Positions 38,186-46,768 of a DNA stretch of 64,000 nucleotides are shown here, in pieces. Under the pieces are notes generated by a model that made no database searches, was not told where the DNA came from, and worked only from the letters and a program-made list of their open reading frames with translations. Made by a program: the position numbers and the translations under genes. The number at the start of each line of letters is the position of its first letter. Position 1 is the stretch's first letter. Source of the stretch: a virus; the IMG/VR virus record IMGVR_UViG_3300042691_053485, positions 1-64,000 of that record; one strand, 5' to 3'.

Positions 38186-40012
38186 ATGAGTCTTTTAACA
38201 GGAAATAAATTAGGTACTTTAGCACAAGACCGTGAAAGGTCTCTTCGCCAACAAATTGTTGAGCGCTATGAAAATGTAGGCTTGGAAACCGATTCAAACG
38301 GTAAGATAATCCAAGAAGGTATGAACTGGTTGCATGGTCTTAAGGGGCATGTCAAAGATAATATGGCATTGCTGTATGAAAACCAAGCACGTGCATTGGT
38401 AGAATCAACAGACTCTTCATCTAGCGGTTCTTTTGAAACTGTAGCATTTCCAATGGTTCGTAGAATCTTCTCCAAATTATTGGCGAATGACATCATCTCT
38501 GTCCAAGCGATGACCCACCCTTCCGGTGTATTGTTCTACTACTACCCAGATATTGCGAACCGTGTTGAAGGTGTTGATGGTGATGGTAATCCAACCTCAA
38601 GCCATACTTCTCAAACTCGTAGCATGCCCGCTTGCGTTTTGGAAGGTCACAACTGCCCAGACACAACCTATACAGGTTGTAAATCATTGTACACCAAGTT
38701 CTACGATGATAACACTTATGACTACTCAAAAGGTAAATTTACTGTTGTGACGGCAACCGGTCAACCAGTTGCACTTGACACAAATGGCTGTTGGGTCACA
38801 ACAGGTACAACTGCCCTGGGTTATGATGGCTCTCTCCGTCACATGAAATTTGGTATCAGCGGGTTTGACGGCTCTAATCCCGGTACAAGCAAAGGTCACA
38901 CAGCACGTCTTGGAGGTGTTGGTGGAAAAGGTTTGGAAATTGACAACCAAGAATTCTTGGCTTCTTTCACTGCTATTTGGGCTAACGCAAACCCGCTTTT
39001 AGACCCTAACGGTAATGTTCTTTATACCCAAGGACAATCAATGCACTACCGTGCAGTTTCTCAAAAATATGCGCAACAATTAGTTCACTATTCTGATTGG
39101 TGTGATGCAGATGGTGTTTTCTATCTTGAAGTTGACTTCACTGGTCCGAACGCTAACTGTGACACTTGCTCACCTGCTGATGGTTATATCGGTGCGGCTT
39201 CAGGTACAACAATTGCCCCCACAGACATCGCCTTTGTTTGGAGACGTTATGAAGATTTGGAATGGGAAAATGAAATGGGTGAAGTAACATTCACCATCAA
39301 GAAAGTCCAAATTTCAACTCAACCTCGCAAACTTCGTGCACGTTGGAGTCCTGAATTAGCACAAGATGTTAACGCATACCATAATATTGATGCTGAGGCA
39401 GAATTAACTGCATTACTTTCTGAGCAAATTGCAATGGAAATTGACCGTCAAATTCTTCGCGAATTGAAACGTGGTGCAGCATGGGTATTACGTTGGAACT
39501 TCTATGGCTGGAAAACACAAGGAAGCCAAAAATACACTGAGAAAGAGTGGAAACAAACTCTTATCACACGTATCAATCAAATTTCGGCTCAAATCCACAA
39601 GTCAACATTGCGTGGCGGTGCAAACTTCCTCGTAATCTCAACTGAGGTTTCTGCAATCTTTGATGACCTTGAAAACTTCATGGTTTCTAACGGAAACATT
39701 GATGATGACAAATATAACTTGGGTATGCGCCGTGTTGGTACACTTTCCGGTCGTTATACGGTATATGTTGACCCGTATGCAAAAGCAGGTGACATCCTCA
39801 TCGGACACAAAGGTACATCTATCCTTGACACAGGTTATATCTATGCACCTTACATTCCGTTGCAATTAACTCCTACACTCACCGACTTCAATACATTTAC
39901 GAATGTGAAAGGTGTGATGACTCGCTACGCGACAGCAATGGTAAACAACAACTACTACGGACGTATTGTTGTGGATAATATCCCAACATTCGATACCCGC
40001 GAGCTTCGATAG
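38186..40012 (+). CDS. gp23: Major capsid protein (T4 gp23-like) with a Cys-rich insertion
   Basis: ENQARALVES, PMVRR, VQAMTHPSG, RKLRARWSPELAQDVNAYHNIDAEAEL, YAPYIPL, MTRYA. Confidence 0.96.
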   Translation: MSLLTGNKLGTLAQDRERSLRQQIVERYENVGLETDSNGKIIQEGMNWLHGLKGHVKDNMALLYENQARALVESTDSSSSGSFETVAFPMVRRIFSKLLANDIISVQAMTHPSGVLFYYYPDIANRVEGVDGDGNPTSSHTSQTRSMPACVLEGHNCPDTTYTGCKSLYTKFYDDNTYDYSKGKFTVVTATGQPVALDTNGCWVTTGTTALGYDGSLRHMKFGISGFDGSNPGTSKGHTARLGGVGGKGLEIDNQEFLASFTAIWANANPLLDPNGNVLYTQGQSMHYRAVSQKYAQQLVHYSDWCDADGVFYLEVDFTGPNANCDTCSPADGYIGAASGTTIAPTDIAFVWRRYEDLEWENEMGEVTFTIKKVQISTQPRKLRARWSPELAQDVNAYHNIDAEAELTALLSEQIAMEIDRQILRELKRGAAWVLRWNFYGWKTQGSQKYTEKEWKQTLITRINQISAQIHKSTLRGGANFLVISTEVSAIFDDLENFMVSNGNIDDDKYNLGMRRVGTLSGRYTVYVDPYAKAGDILIGHKGTSILDTGYIYAPYIPLQLTPTLTDFNTFTNVKGVMTRYATAMVNNNYYGRIVVDNIPTFDTRELR

Positions 40013-40013
40013 C

Positions 40014-40048
40014 AAAAAAAAGCCCCTCATTTGAGGGGCTTTTTTTTT
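40014..40048 (+). terminator. Strong intrinsic terminator after the capsid gene
   Basis: A8-GCCCCTCA-TT-TGAGGGGC-T9. Confidence 0.9.
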
Positions 40049-40132
40049 GCTATTATTCGACATTCTTGAAACTTTAACACGTTTTTTTCTGTTATTAGAC
40101 AAATACAACCTAATCCATTTATCAAAATAAAA

Positions 40133-40471
40133 ATGAAAAAATTAATAAGAAACGGGAAAAAATTCCTTGAAAGATTTGGTTCTACGGAATTAGAAACTAT
40201 ATCAAATCAAGATGAATTAAACAACCTATATATCCTTAAAATAAAAGAGGAACTTGAAGAGATAAAGAATTCTCAATTCAAAGATTTGAATGAGTTTGCT
40301 GACCTCTTGCAGGTTGTTACATCATTTGCAATTGCAAATGGTTTTTCTGAAGAGGAGTTAACCGTTGCAAAGGACGAAAAAGCATATCAGCGTGGTGAAT
40401 TTGGTAACATTGCCTTAATCAATCTCAATCCTAATAACCCAAGCAATAAAATTTACTTCAATGAAGTTTAG
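40133..40471 (+). CDS. MazG/PRA-PH-like nucleotide pyrophosphohydrolase
   Basis: KLIR, KIKEELEE, EFADLLQV, KAYQRGEF. Confidence 0.75.
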   Translation: MKKLIRNGKKFLERFGSTELETISNQDELNNLYILKIKEELEEIKNSQFKDLNEFADLLQVVTSFAIANGFSEEELTVAKDEKAYQRGEFGNIALINLNPNNPSNKIYFNEV

Positions 40472-41213
40472 AGTTTCACCTGAAAATATCACATCTCTCC
40501 CAAGCACAAATCACATATATGTTTTTGGTTCAAATTTAGCCGGAAAGCATGGGAAAGGGGCTGCAAAAACTGCTCTTCTTTTTGGTGCAAAATATGGTAT
40601 GGGAGAGGGATTATATGGAAATACTTATGCCCTTCCCACAAAGGATGAAAACATCCAAAGCCTACCCCTTGCAGAAATCAATAAGTATGTTGAAACATTT
40701 ACACAGTTTGCCAATAAAAACCCCCACCTCATTTTTTGGGTAACCGCAATAGGAACAGGATTAGCAGGCTATTCAATCGAGCAAATTGCACCGTTTTTTG
40801 AAAAGGCTTCAGGATTGCAAAATGTTTTTCTGCCAGAATCATTTACAAATCGCATAAACATGAAGTACAAGAGTAACTTTGAATATGATTTAAAGGTTGG
40901 TAATCTTGGTGAAGAGAAATTGCACAAGATGCTCACAGATTCCAAACTAGAAGTGAAAACCGATTTTAGGGCAGCCGAAACAGGAAATGTTTTTGTTGAA
41001 TATGAGTCTTATGGGAAAAAATCAGGAATTTCAACGTCAAAAGCTGATTATTGGTGCTTTGTGCTTTCTGAAAAGACAATGGTGTTTTGTGAAATCAATG
41101 CTCTTAAAGCTGCATGCCGAAAATATCTCAATACCAAGAGAGATAAGCGAGGTGGAGATGAGGACACATCTAAAGGTATTCTATTGCCTGTCGCCGAACT
41201 TTTGACGCTTTAG
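40461..41213 (+). CDS. Fusion of A1S_2505-like (macro-like) domain and PD-(D/E)xK nuclease-like domain
   Basis: YVFGSNLAGKHGKGAA...YALPTK...FWVTAIGTGLAG; then LEVKTD..AAETGNVFVEY..GKKSGISTSKADYW. Confidence 0.65.
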   Translation: MKFRVSPENITSLPSTNHIYVFGSNLAGKHGKGAAKTALLFGAKYGMGEGLYGNTYALPTKDENIQSLPLAEINKYVETFTQFANKNPHLIFWVTAIGTGLAGYSIEQIAPFFEKASGLQNVFLPESFTNRINMKYKSNFEYDLKVGNLGEEKLHKMLTDSKLEVKTDFRAAETGNVFVEYESYGKKSGISTSKADYWCFVLSEKTMVFCEINALKAACRKYLNTKRDKRGGDEDTSKGILLPVAELLTL

Positions 41214-41256
41214 GCTGAACCGATATGATATTTATTTGTAATATGCAATAAATAAG

Positions 41257-41826
41257 ATGAAGAAGTTTATAAAAAGTCAATTAATCTCCCTTAACGAGCA
41301 ATATAATAGTAATATCAATGTTAATTTTTGGAGATGGTTTGGTGACAGTAAAATTGTTGATAATTCCGCCAACCCGCAAATTGTATATCATCGCTCGAAT
41401 AGCGATTTTTCATCATTTGACCCCAAAAAACTTGGTAGTGCAACTGATAAAGGAATCCGAGGAATGGGCTACTATTTTAGTACAAGTGAAATAGCCAATC
41501 GGGGCTATGGAAGCAACTTATATGAAGTTTATCTTAAAATCGAAAACCCTTTCGATTTGTTACGCTTTGATTCTATGGAAGAACTTGCTGAATATCTTGA
41601 GGTTAGTCCTTCAATCTTTATTGATGATAAGGAAAGATTTGGTGGCAGGTCTGTTAAAGTTTATTCGGGATTTGAGGGACTTTTAAGTGATAGCGTAAGT
41701 GATAAAGGTTACGATGGAATCATACATGGGACAACGCATGAAATCGTGGCATTTTATCCCAATCAAATAAAATCAATTCATAACGATGGGACTTGGGATT
41801 GGGGGGACAATAATATTTATTCTTAA
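41257..41826 (+). CDS. ADP-ribosyltransferase-like protein (ART-PolyVal-like)
   Basis: VYHRS..F..FD, GYYFS, YEVYLKIENP, GYDG, EIVAFYPNQIKS; leader MKKFIKSQLISLNE. Confidence 0.75.
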   Translation: MKKFIKSQLISLNEQYNSNINVNFWRWFGDSKIVDNSANPQIVYHRSNSDFSSFDPKKLGSATDKGIRGMGYYFSTSEIANRGYGSNLYEVYLKIENPFDLLRFDSMEELAEYLEVSPSIFIDDKERFGGRSVKVYSGFEGLLSDSVSDKGYDGIIHGTTHEIVAFYPNQIKSIHNDGTWDWGDNNIYS

Positions 41827-41831
41827 AGGCG

Positions 41832-43210
41832 GTTAAAGAATATTTGAACAGAGTGTAACATTTCTAAACATTGGTATATTAATTGCCACATGGTGTATAA
41901 GTTTTTCGGATTATAGCAGATAAAATAAGCAGAAAATGCAATACAAGTCATTAAAGATAAGATTAGAGCCTACAAGGTTGCAGGGGCAGATGTTTGCAAA
42001 ACATGCAGGCACAGCTCGTCATGCCTACAATCAGGCTTTGAGCTATTGCAATGACTTATTCAAAGATGGGAAATCAATCCCTTCCGCCATCACACTTCAC
42101 AAATGGCTTGTAGCAACGGTGAAAAAGGAGTACTCTTGGTATTATGAGGTGTCAAAATGTGCCCCACAACAAGCACTTAGAAATCTCGAAACGGCATACA
42201 AGAACTTTCACCGCCTGCAAAAGCAATCCGGATACAAGCTTCTTCACTATAAAATTGTAAATGGAGTCAAAGTATCCACAGGTCTACAAGGATTACCAAG
42301 ATACAAGAAGAAAGGAAGAGGCGATTCATTCTATTTAGAAGGAACTGCAAAATACCCCATAAAAATTGAAAGAAACAAGGTTAAACTACCAAAAATAGGA
42401 TGGGTAAAACTATCCGAAACTTTGGATGTTGAATCAATAAAAAACTGTACGATAAGCAGGACTGCTGACCACTGGTTCATCTCATTCAGAGTCGAACACA
42501 TTCCAGCTATCACAAAAAAGAAAGAACTTGTCGTTGGTGTTGACTTGGGTGTAAAAACCTTGGCAACACTCAGTAATGGAGAAATATTCAAAAATGAAAA
42601 GCCTTATAGAAAGGCAAAAGAAAAACTCAGAAGGCAACAAAAAGAGGTGAGCAGAAGATTTGTTAGGAGTGCTGAAAACCAAAGCAACAACTACAAAAAA
42701 TCTGTTCAAAAGCTTGCAAAAATACATGCAAGGGTTGCAAATGTAAGAAAGGACTGTCTTCACAAACTGACGACCTATCTGACCAAGAACTTTGAAGTGG
42801 TGGTGATAGAGGATTTGAAGGTGAAGAACATGGTGAAAAACAAAAAGCTTGCATCAGCAATCCTTGACGGTGGATTTTTTGAGTTCAAAAGGCAACTTCT
42901 CTACAAAAAAGCATGGTATGGAGGAGAAGTCATTTTGGCGGACACCTTTTTTGCCAGCAGCAAGTTGTGTTCGAACTGCGGCAACAAGAAACCAAGTTTG
43001 AAACTTTCCGAGAGAAAATATGCTTGCAATTCCTGCCACCTCGAAATTGATAGGGATTTGAATGCGAGCATCAATCTGAAAAATTTGGCGGTGAGTTCCA
43101 CCGTGTCAGCCCTTGGAGATGGGAGTTCGGTGCTTTTCAGCACCCAGCCTGTCGATGAATTGGGAACAAAAATTGCACATGTTTAACTTTGTGCAAGTTT
43201 TTGGGAACGG
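41832..43210 (+). mobile_element. Non-autonomous IS607-like element (TnpB only)
   Basis: GG dinucleotide at both proposed junctions; roughly 10-bp-spaced AACA repeats at left end; structured 3' region ending GTTTTTGGGAACGG. Confidence 0.65.
41936..43186 (+). CDS. tnpB: RNA-guided endonuclease TnpB
   Basis: HTH_OrfB-like N-terminus; GVDLGVK, VIEDL, DRDLNAS (D-E-D intact); zinc ribbon CSNC...CNSC. Confidence 0.93.
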   Translation: MQYKSLKIRLEPTRLQGQMFAKHAGTARHAYNQALSYCNDLFKDGKSIPSAITLHKWLVATVKKEYSWYYEVSKCAPQQALRNLETAYKNFHRLQKQSGYKLLHYKIVNGVKVSTGLQGLPRYKKKGRGDSFYLEGTAKYPIKIERNKVKLPKIGWVKLSETLDVESIKNCTISRTADHWFISFRVEHIPAITKKKELVVGVDLGVKTLATLSNGEIFKNEKPYRKAKEKLRRQQKEVSRRFVRSAENQSNNYKKSVQKLAKIHARVANVRKDCLHKLTTYLTKNFEVVVIEDLKVKNMVKNKKLASAILDGGFFEFKRQLLYKKAWYGGEVILADTFFASSKLCSNCGNKKPSLKLSERKYACNSCHLEIDRDLNASINLKNLAVSSTVSALGDGSSVLFSTQPVDELGTKIAHV

Positions 43211-43283
43211 ATGTGTCTGACTCGAATATCTTCTCCTAAAGAAGCTTATAACTTTCATTTGGATATATTTATAGAGAAATCAA

Positions 43284-43856
43284 ATGAAAGTTTTAATATC
43301 TGAAGAATTTGCAAAAAACTATATGTTTTTTCAAAATATCCAAACCATACACAATCTTACAGGAAAGATGTTATCTGCTAACGAAAAAGAAGTAGATGAA
43401 CTCCTTATGAAACATAATTGGGCTATTGACCATATTGCAACCTCAGCGGATGATGTCCAAGAGGTTGCAAATTTTATTTTAGGTGAATTAGAAGAATCAT
43501 TCGAAGCTTTGAAATCTCATAAGAAATTTAAAAACATCGTTGGAGAGTCTTATAAATTTCAAATTAAGGAGGCTGAATATCAAGGAAAAAAAGTGCAATT
43601 AAATAAGCCGTTTAGGCAAGCATATAGCGGAAAGAAATTTGCAGTTTATGTCAAAACCCCAAAGGGTAACGTTAAAAAGGTGAGATTTGGTGCACAGGGT
43701 TATAAGGTTAGAAACGATAACAAAGGAGCTGCAAAAAGCTTTAAGAAACGTCATAAGTGTGACCAAAAAACAGATAAAACTACTCCGGGATATTGGAGTT
43801 GTAATATTGCAAGATACAGAAAAGCATTGGGGCTTTCCTCTGCATCTCAATGGTAA
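43284..43856 (+). CDS. Conserved phage hypothetical protein
   Basis: Leader MKVLISEE; C-domain EAEYQGKKVQLNKP...KKFAVYVK...VRFG...RHKC...GYWSC; TATTTATA at 43266-43273. Confidence 0.75.
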   Translation: MKVLISEEFAKNYMFFQNIQTIHNLTGKMLSANEKEVDELLMKHNWAIDHIATSADDVQEVANFILGELEESFEALKSHKKFKNIVGESYKFQIKEAEYQGKKVQLNKPFRQAYSGKKFAVYVKTPKGNVKKVRFGAQGYKVRNDNKGAAKSFKKRHKCDQKTDKTTPGYWSCNIARYRKALGLSSASQW

Positions 43857-43871
43857 AAATTTAAACTTCTT

Positions 43872-44864
43872 ATGAATATAAAAAAGTTAAACGAAACATT
43901 CGACCGAATGAGCAAATCAGGCTTGTTCGGGAAACAAAGACCAATTCTATCCGAGAATTGGAGTCAAGAAGACATCCAAAAAATGAAGCAAATGCTTGCT
44001 TCAGGGGATATGGATAATATTAAGCTCGTTGAGCAGATGACTTCACCTCATCTTTTCAGAGATTTGGTGGATAGTGTTTATGGGGAGTTATTATCCTTTG
44101 CAAATAAAAAAGGCAGAGATGCTGGAGACATAACTTGGCTTTTTAGTAGGGGGGTATTGTATGCAAACAATACGCAACTAAGTACTGTTCCTGAAAACAT
44201 TGGAATTCTGAGTGGATTAGTGACATTGTTTTTGGAAGACAACAACCTGAGCAGCCTTCCGGAATCCATCGGCAACTTACATAATTTGGAAAGGTTAAAT
44301 TTGGGTAACAACAACCTGAGCAGCCTTCCGGAATCCATCGGCAACTTGCAGAATTTGCAACGGTTGGATTTATTCGGTAATAATCTGAGCAGCCTGCCGG
44401 AATCCATCGGCAACTTACATAATTTGGAAAGGTTAAATTTGGGTAACAACAACCTGAGCAGCCTTCCGGAATCCATTGGCAACTTGCAGAATTTGCAAGA
44501 GTTGGATTTGTCTAACAACAAGCTGAGTAACCTTACTAAAGGCTTCGAAAAATTGACAAAATTGACAAAACTCGGTTTAGCTCACAATAACCTCATTATA
44601 TTACCTGAAAGTATCAATAATTTAAGCCTATTAGAGATGTTAGATTTAACAGGAAATGGATTGCACACTCTTTCCGAAAGTATAGGAAATTTGAGTCAAT
44701 TAACAAATTTGAGTTTACGTAATAATAATCTGGAAACTCTCCCTCATAGCATCAGTAGCTTGAGTAGATTGAAGCGTTTATCGTTAGGGAGGAACAAATT
44801 TTCAAATACTGAAATTGAACGTATACAAACAATGCTTCCAAACTGTGGAATTTTTAATTTTTAA
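43872..44864 (+). CDS. Leucine-rich repeat protein (LRR paralog 6, about 9 repeats)
   Basis: Leader MNIKKLNE; 23-aa repeats with an internal 138-nt-offset duplication. Confidence 0.95.
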   Translation: MNIKKLNETFDRMSKSGLFGKQRPILSENWSQEDIQKMKQMLASGDMDNIKLVEQMTSPHLFRDLVDSVYGELLSFANKKGRDAGDITWLFSRGVLYANNTQLSTVPENIGILSGLVTLFLEDNNLSSLPESIGNLHNLERLNLGNNNLSSLPESIGNLQNLQRLDLFGNNLSSLPESIGNLHNLERLNLGNNNLSSLPESIGNLQNLQELDLSNNKLSNLTKGFEKLTKLTKLGLAHNNLIILPESINNLSLLEMLDLTGNGLHTLSESIGNLSQLTNLSLRNNNLETLPHSISSLSRLKRLSLGRNKFSNTEIERIQTMLPNCGIFNF

Positions 44865-44871
44865 TGTCATT

Positions 44872-45876
44872 ATGGATATAAAAAAAGTAAACGAAACATT
44901 CGACCGAATGAGCAAATCAGGCTTGTTCGGGAAAATACAAGAGGAGGTGTTTGATATAAAATCAAAGCTCACAAGCCTTCTAAAATCCGGAACACCGGAT
45001 AACATTGAACTTGCCATCATGGTAGCACAGGGTCAAGAGTTTGATATTGATGACTTGGTAGAAGAGCTTTTTGACTTGCAGTTTTGGATGGATAATCTTG
45101 ATGGTATTCCCCGGACAAGCAAGGTGGAAGCACTCCGTTTTTTGCTGTCAAAAACTATCATAAACCTTTACAGCAAAGGATTGTCGGAACTTTCTGAATC
45201 CATCGGCAACTTGCAGCATTTGCAAGAGTTGTATTTGTATAACAACAACCTGAGCAGCCTTCCGGAATCCATCGGCAACTTGCAGAATTTGAAAGTGTTG
45301 AATTTGGGTGAGAACAAGCTGAACAGCCTTCCGGAATCCATCGGCAACTTGCAGCATTTGCAAAGGTTGGGTTTGTATAACAACAACCTGAGCAATTTGC
45401 CGGAATCCATCGGCAACTTGCAGAATTTGCAAAGGTTAGGTTTGGGTAACAACAACCTGAGCAGCCTTCTGGAATCCTTCGGCAACTTGCAGAATTCGGA
45501 AACGTTGTCTTTGGCTAACAACAACCTGAGCAGCCTTCCTGAATCCATCGGCAACTTGCAGAATTTGCAAGAGTTGTATTTGTATAACAACAACCTGAGC
45601 AGCCTTCCGGAATCCATCGGCAACTTGCAGAATTTGAAAGGGTTGTATTTGCGTGGCAACAACCTGAGCAGCCTTCCGGAATCCATCGGTAACTTGCAAA
45701 ATTTGATAAGATTGGATTTATTTGATAACAACTTGAGCAGCTTGCCTGAATCTATCGGCAACTTGCAGAATTTGCAAGGGTTGAATTTGGGTAACAATAA
45801 TTTTCCTGAAGCTGAAAAGGAACGCATACAAAGAATGCTCCCAAACTGTAAAATATCTTTTAAACGAATACCATAA
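44872..45876 (+). CDS. Leucine-rich repeat protein (LRR paralog 7, about 9 repeats)
   Basis: Start MDIKKVNE at 44872; cap and repeats as in 3520. Confidence 0.95.
   Translation: MDIKKVNETFDRMSKSGLFGKIQEEVFDIKSKLTSLLKSGTPDNIELAIMVAQGQEFDIDDLVEELFDLQFWMDNLDGIPRTSKVEALRFLLSKTIINLYSKGLSELSESIGNLQHLQELYLYNNNLSSLPESIGNLQNLKVLNLGENKLNSLPESIGNLQHLQRLGLYNNNLSNLPESIGNLQNLQRLGLGNNNLSSLLESFGNLQNSETLSLANNNLSSLPESIGNLQNLQELYLYNNNLSSLPESIGNLQNLKGLYLRGNNLSSLPESIGNLQNLIRLDLFDNNLSSLPESIGNLQNLQGLNLGNNNFPEAEKERIQRMLPNCKISFKRIP
45181..45800 (+). repeat. 69-bp tandem coding repeat array
   Basis: Same scaffold as 3829-4446; 45584-45774 is identical to 4094-4284. Confidence 0.95.
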
Positions 45877-45878
45877 TA

Positions 45879-46766
45879 ATGAAAAACCCAAGACTTATCA
45901 TAACCGAAAAACAGGCAAAATTCGCCAAAAAAAACCTTTTTGAGGATGATAACCCCGAAGAAGTTCAAAAACTTCGTGAGATGTTATTCAGTGGTTCAAA
46001 GGAAACTATTAAAATTGCCCTTGAAGTTTCAGCTTCTTTGGGATATGATATTTCTTTGGATGTGTTCCCTGAATATATAGAACTTCAAAAGTTTTTCGTA
46101 ACACAAAAACCCGCAGGATTAGAGGATTCTTTCTATTCTATCCCAAATATAAAAAACTCACAAGCTCTTTCGGATTGGATTTTATCAATGTCCCAACGAC
46201 AATCTGCATATTTTGCAAATGTTAATAGTAATAATCTTCCACAGGGTGTTGCTATACTAGCGTCTTTGGTTGACTTAACATTGTCTGGCACATTTAGAGT
46301 CTTACCACCTGAATTAGGGAGTTTGCAGAATCTGCAAAGAATACATATTCGAAAGGGGATGTCGTTATCTGACATAAGTATCGTTTCACAACTTCAGAAT
46401 TTGCAGACCTTTGTTTGCAGTAACACTCGGACTTCAGACATAACACCCTTTTATAACACAAATATCAGAACGTTAAAGGTTGCAGATTCAAGAGTGAGTA
46501 AGACCGTGGTTATAAAAAATATGCCAAATTTACAAAGTTTACAATTAAACGGTAATATTGGTCTTAGGAATTTAGTTATTGAATCTGCCCCTAACCTAAT
46601 TGATATTTTCATCGAGGATTGCGACTTAGATGTACTTCCTGAAATATCTCACCTTCCAAACCTCCAACAAATTAATATACCTATTACAAGTCGAACTAAA
46701 CCACAAATTGCGGCTTATGTAGAAAAGAATAAAAACGTAAATGTTGTTATAAATCGATGGGCGTAA
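45879..46766 (+). CDS. Divergent LRR protein (LRR paralog 8)
   Basis: LPPELGSLQNLQRIHI, LQNLQTFVC, MPNLQSLQL, LPNLQQINI. Confidence 0.8.
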   Translation: MKNPRLIITEKQAKFAKKNLFEDDNPEEVQKLREMLFSGSKETIKIALEVSASLGYDISLDVFPEYIELQKFFVTQKPAGLEDSFYSIPNIKNSQALSDWILSMSQRQSAYFANVNSNNLPQGVAILASLVDLTLSGTFRVLPPELGSLQNLQRIHIRKGMSLSDISIVSQLQNLQTFVCSNTRTSDITPFYNTNIRTLKVADSRVSKTVVIKNMPNLQSLQLNGNIGLRNLVIESAPNLIDIFIEDCDLDVLPEISHLPNLQQINIPITSRTKPQIAAYVEKNKNVNVVINRWA

Positions 46767-46768
46767 AA

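Noticed and set aside
11168-43230. TnpB guides targeting the LRR cassettes
   Set aside because: The predicted guides (AGCTTTTTGTAGCTATTTAT and ATGTGTCTGACTCGAATATC) match only their own flanks by eye, not the LRR scaffold.
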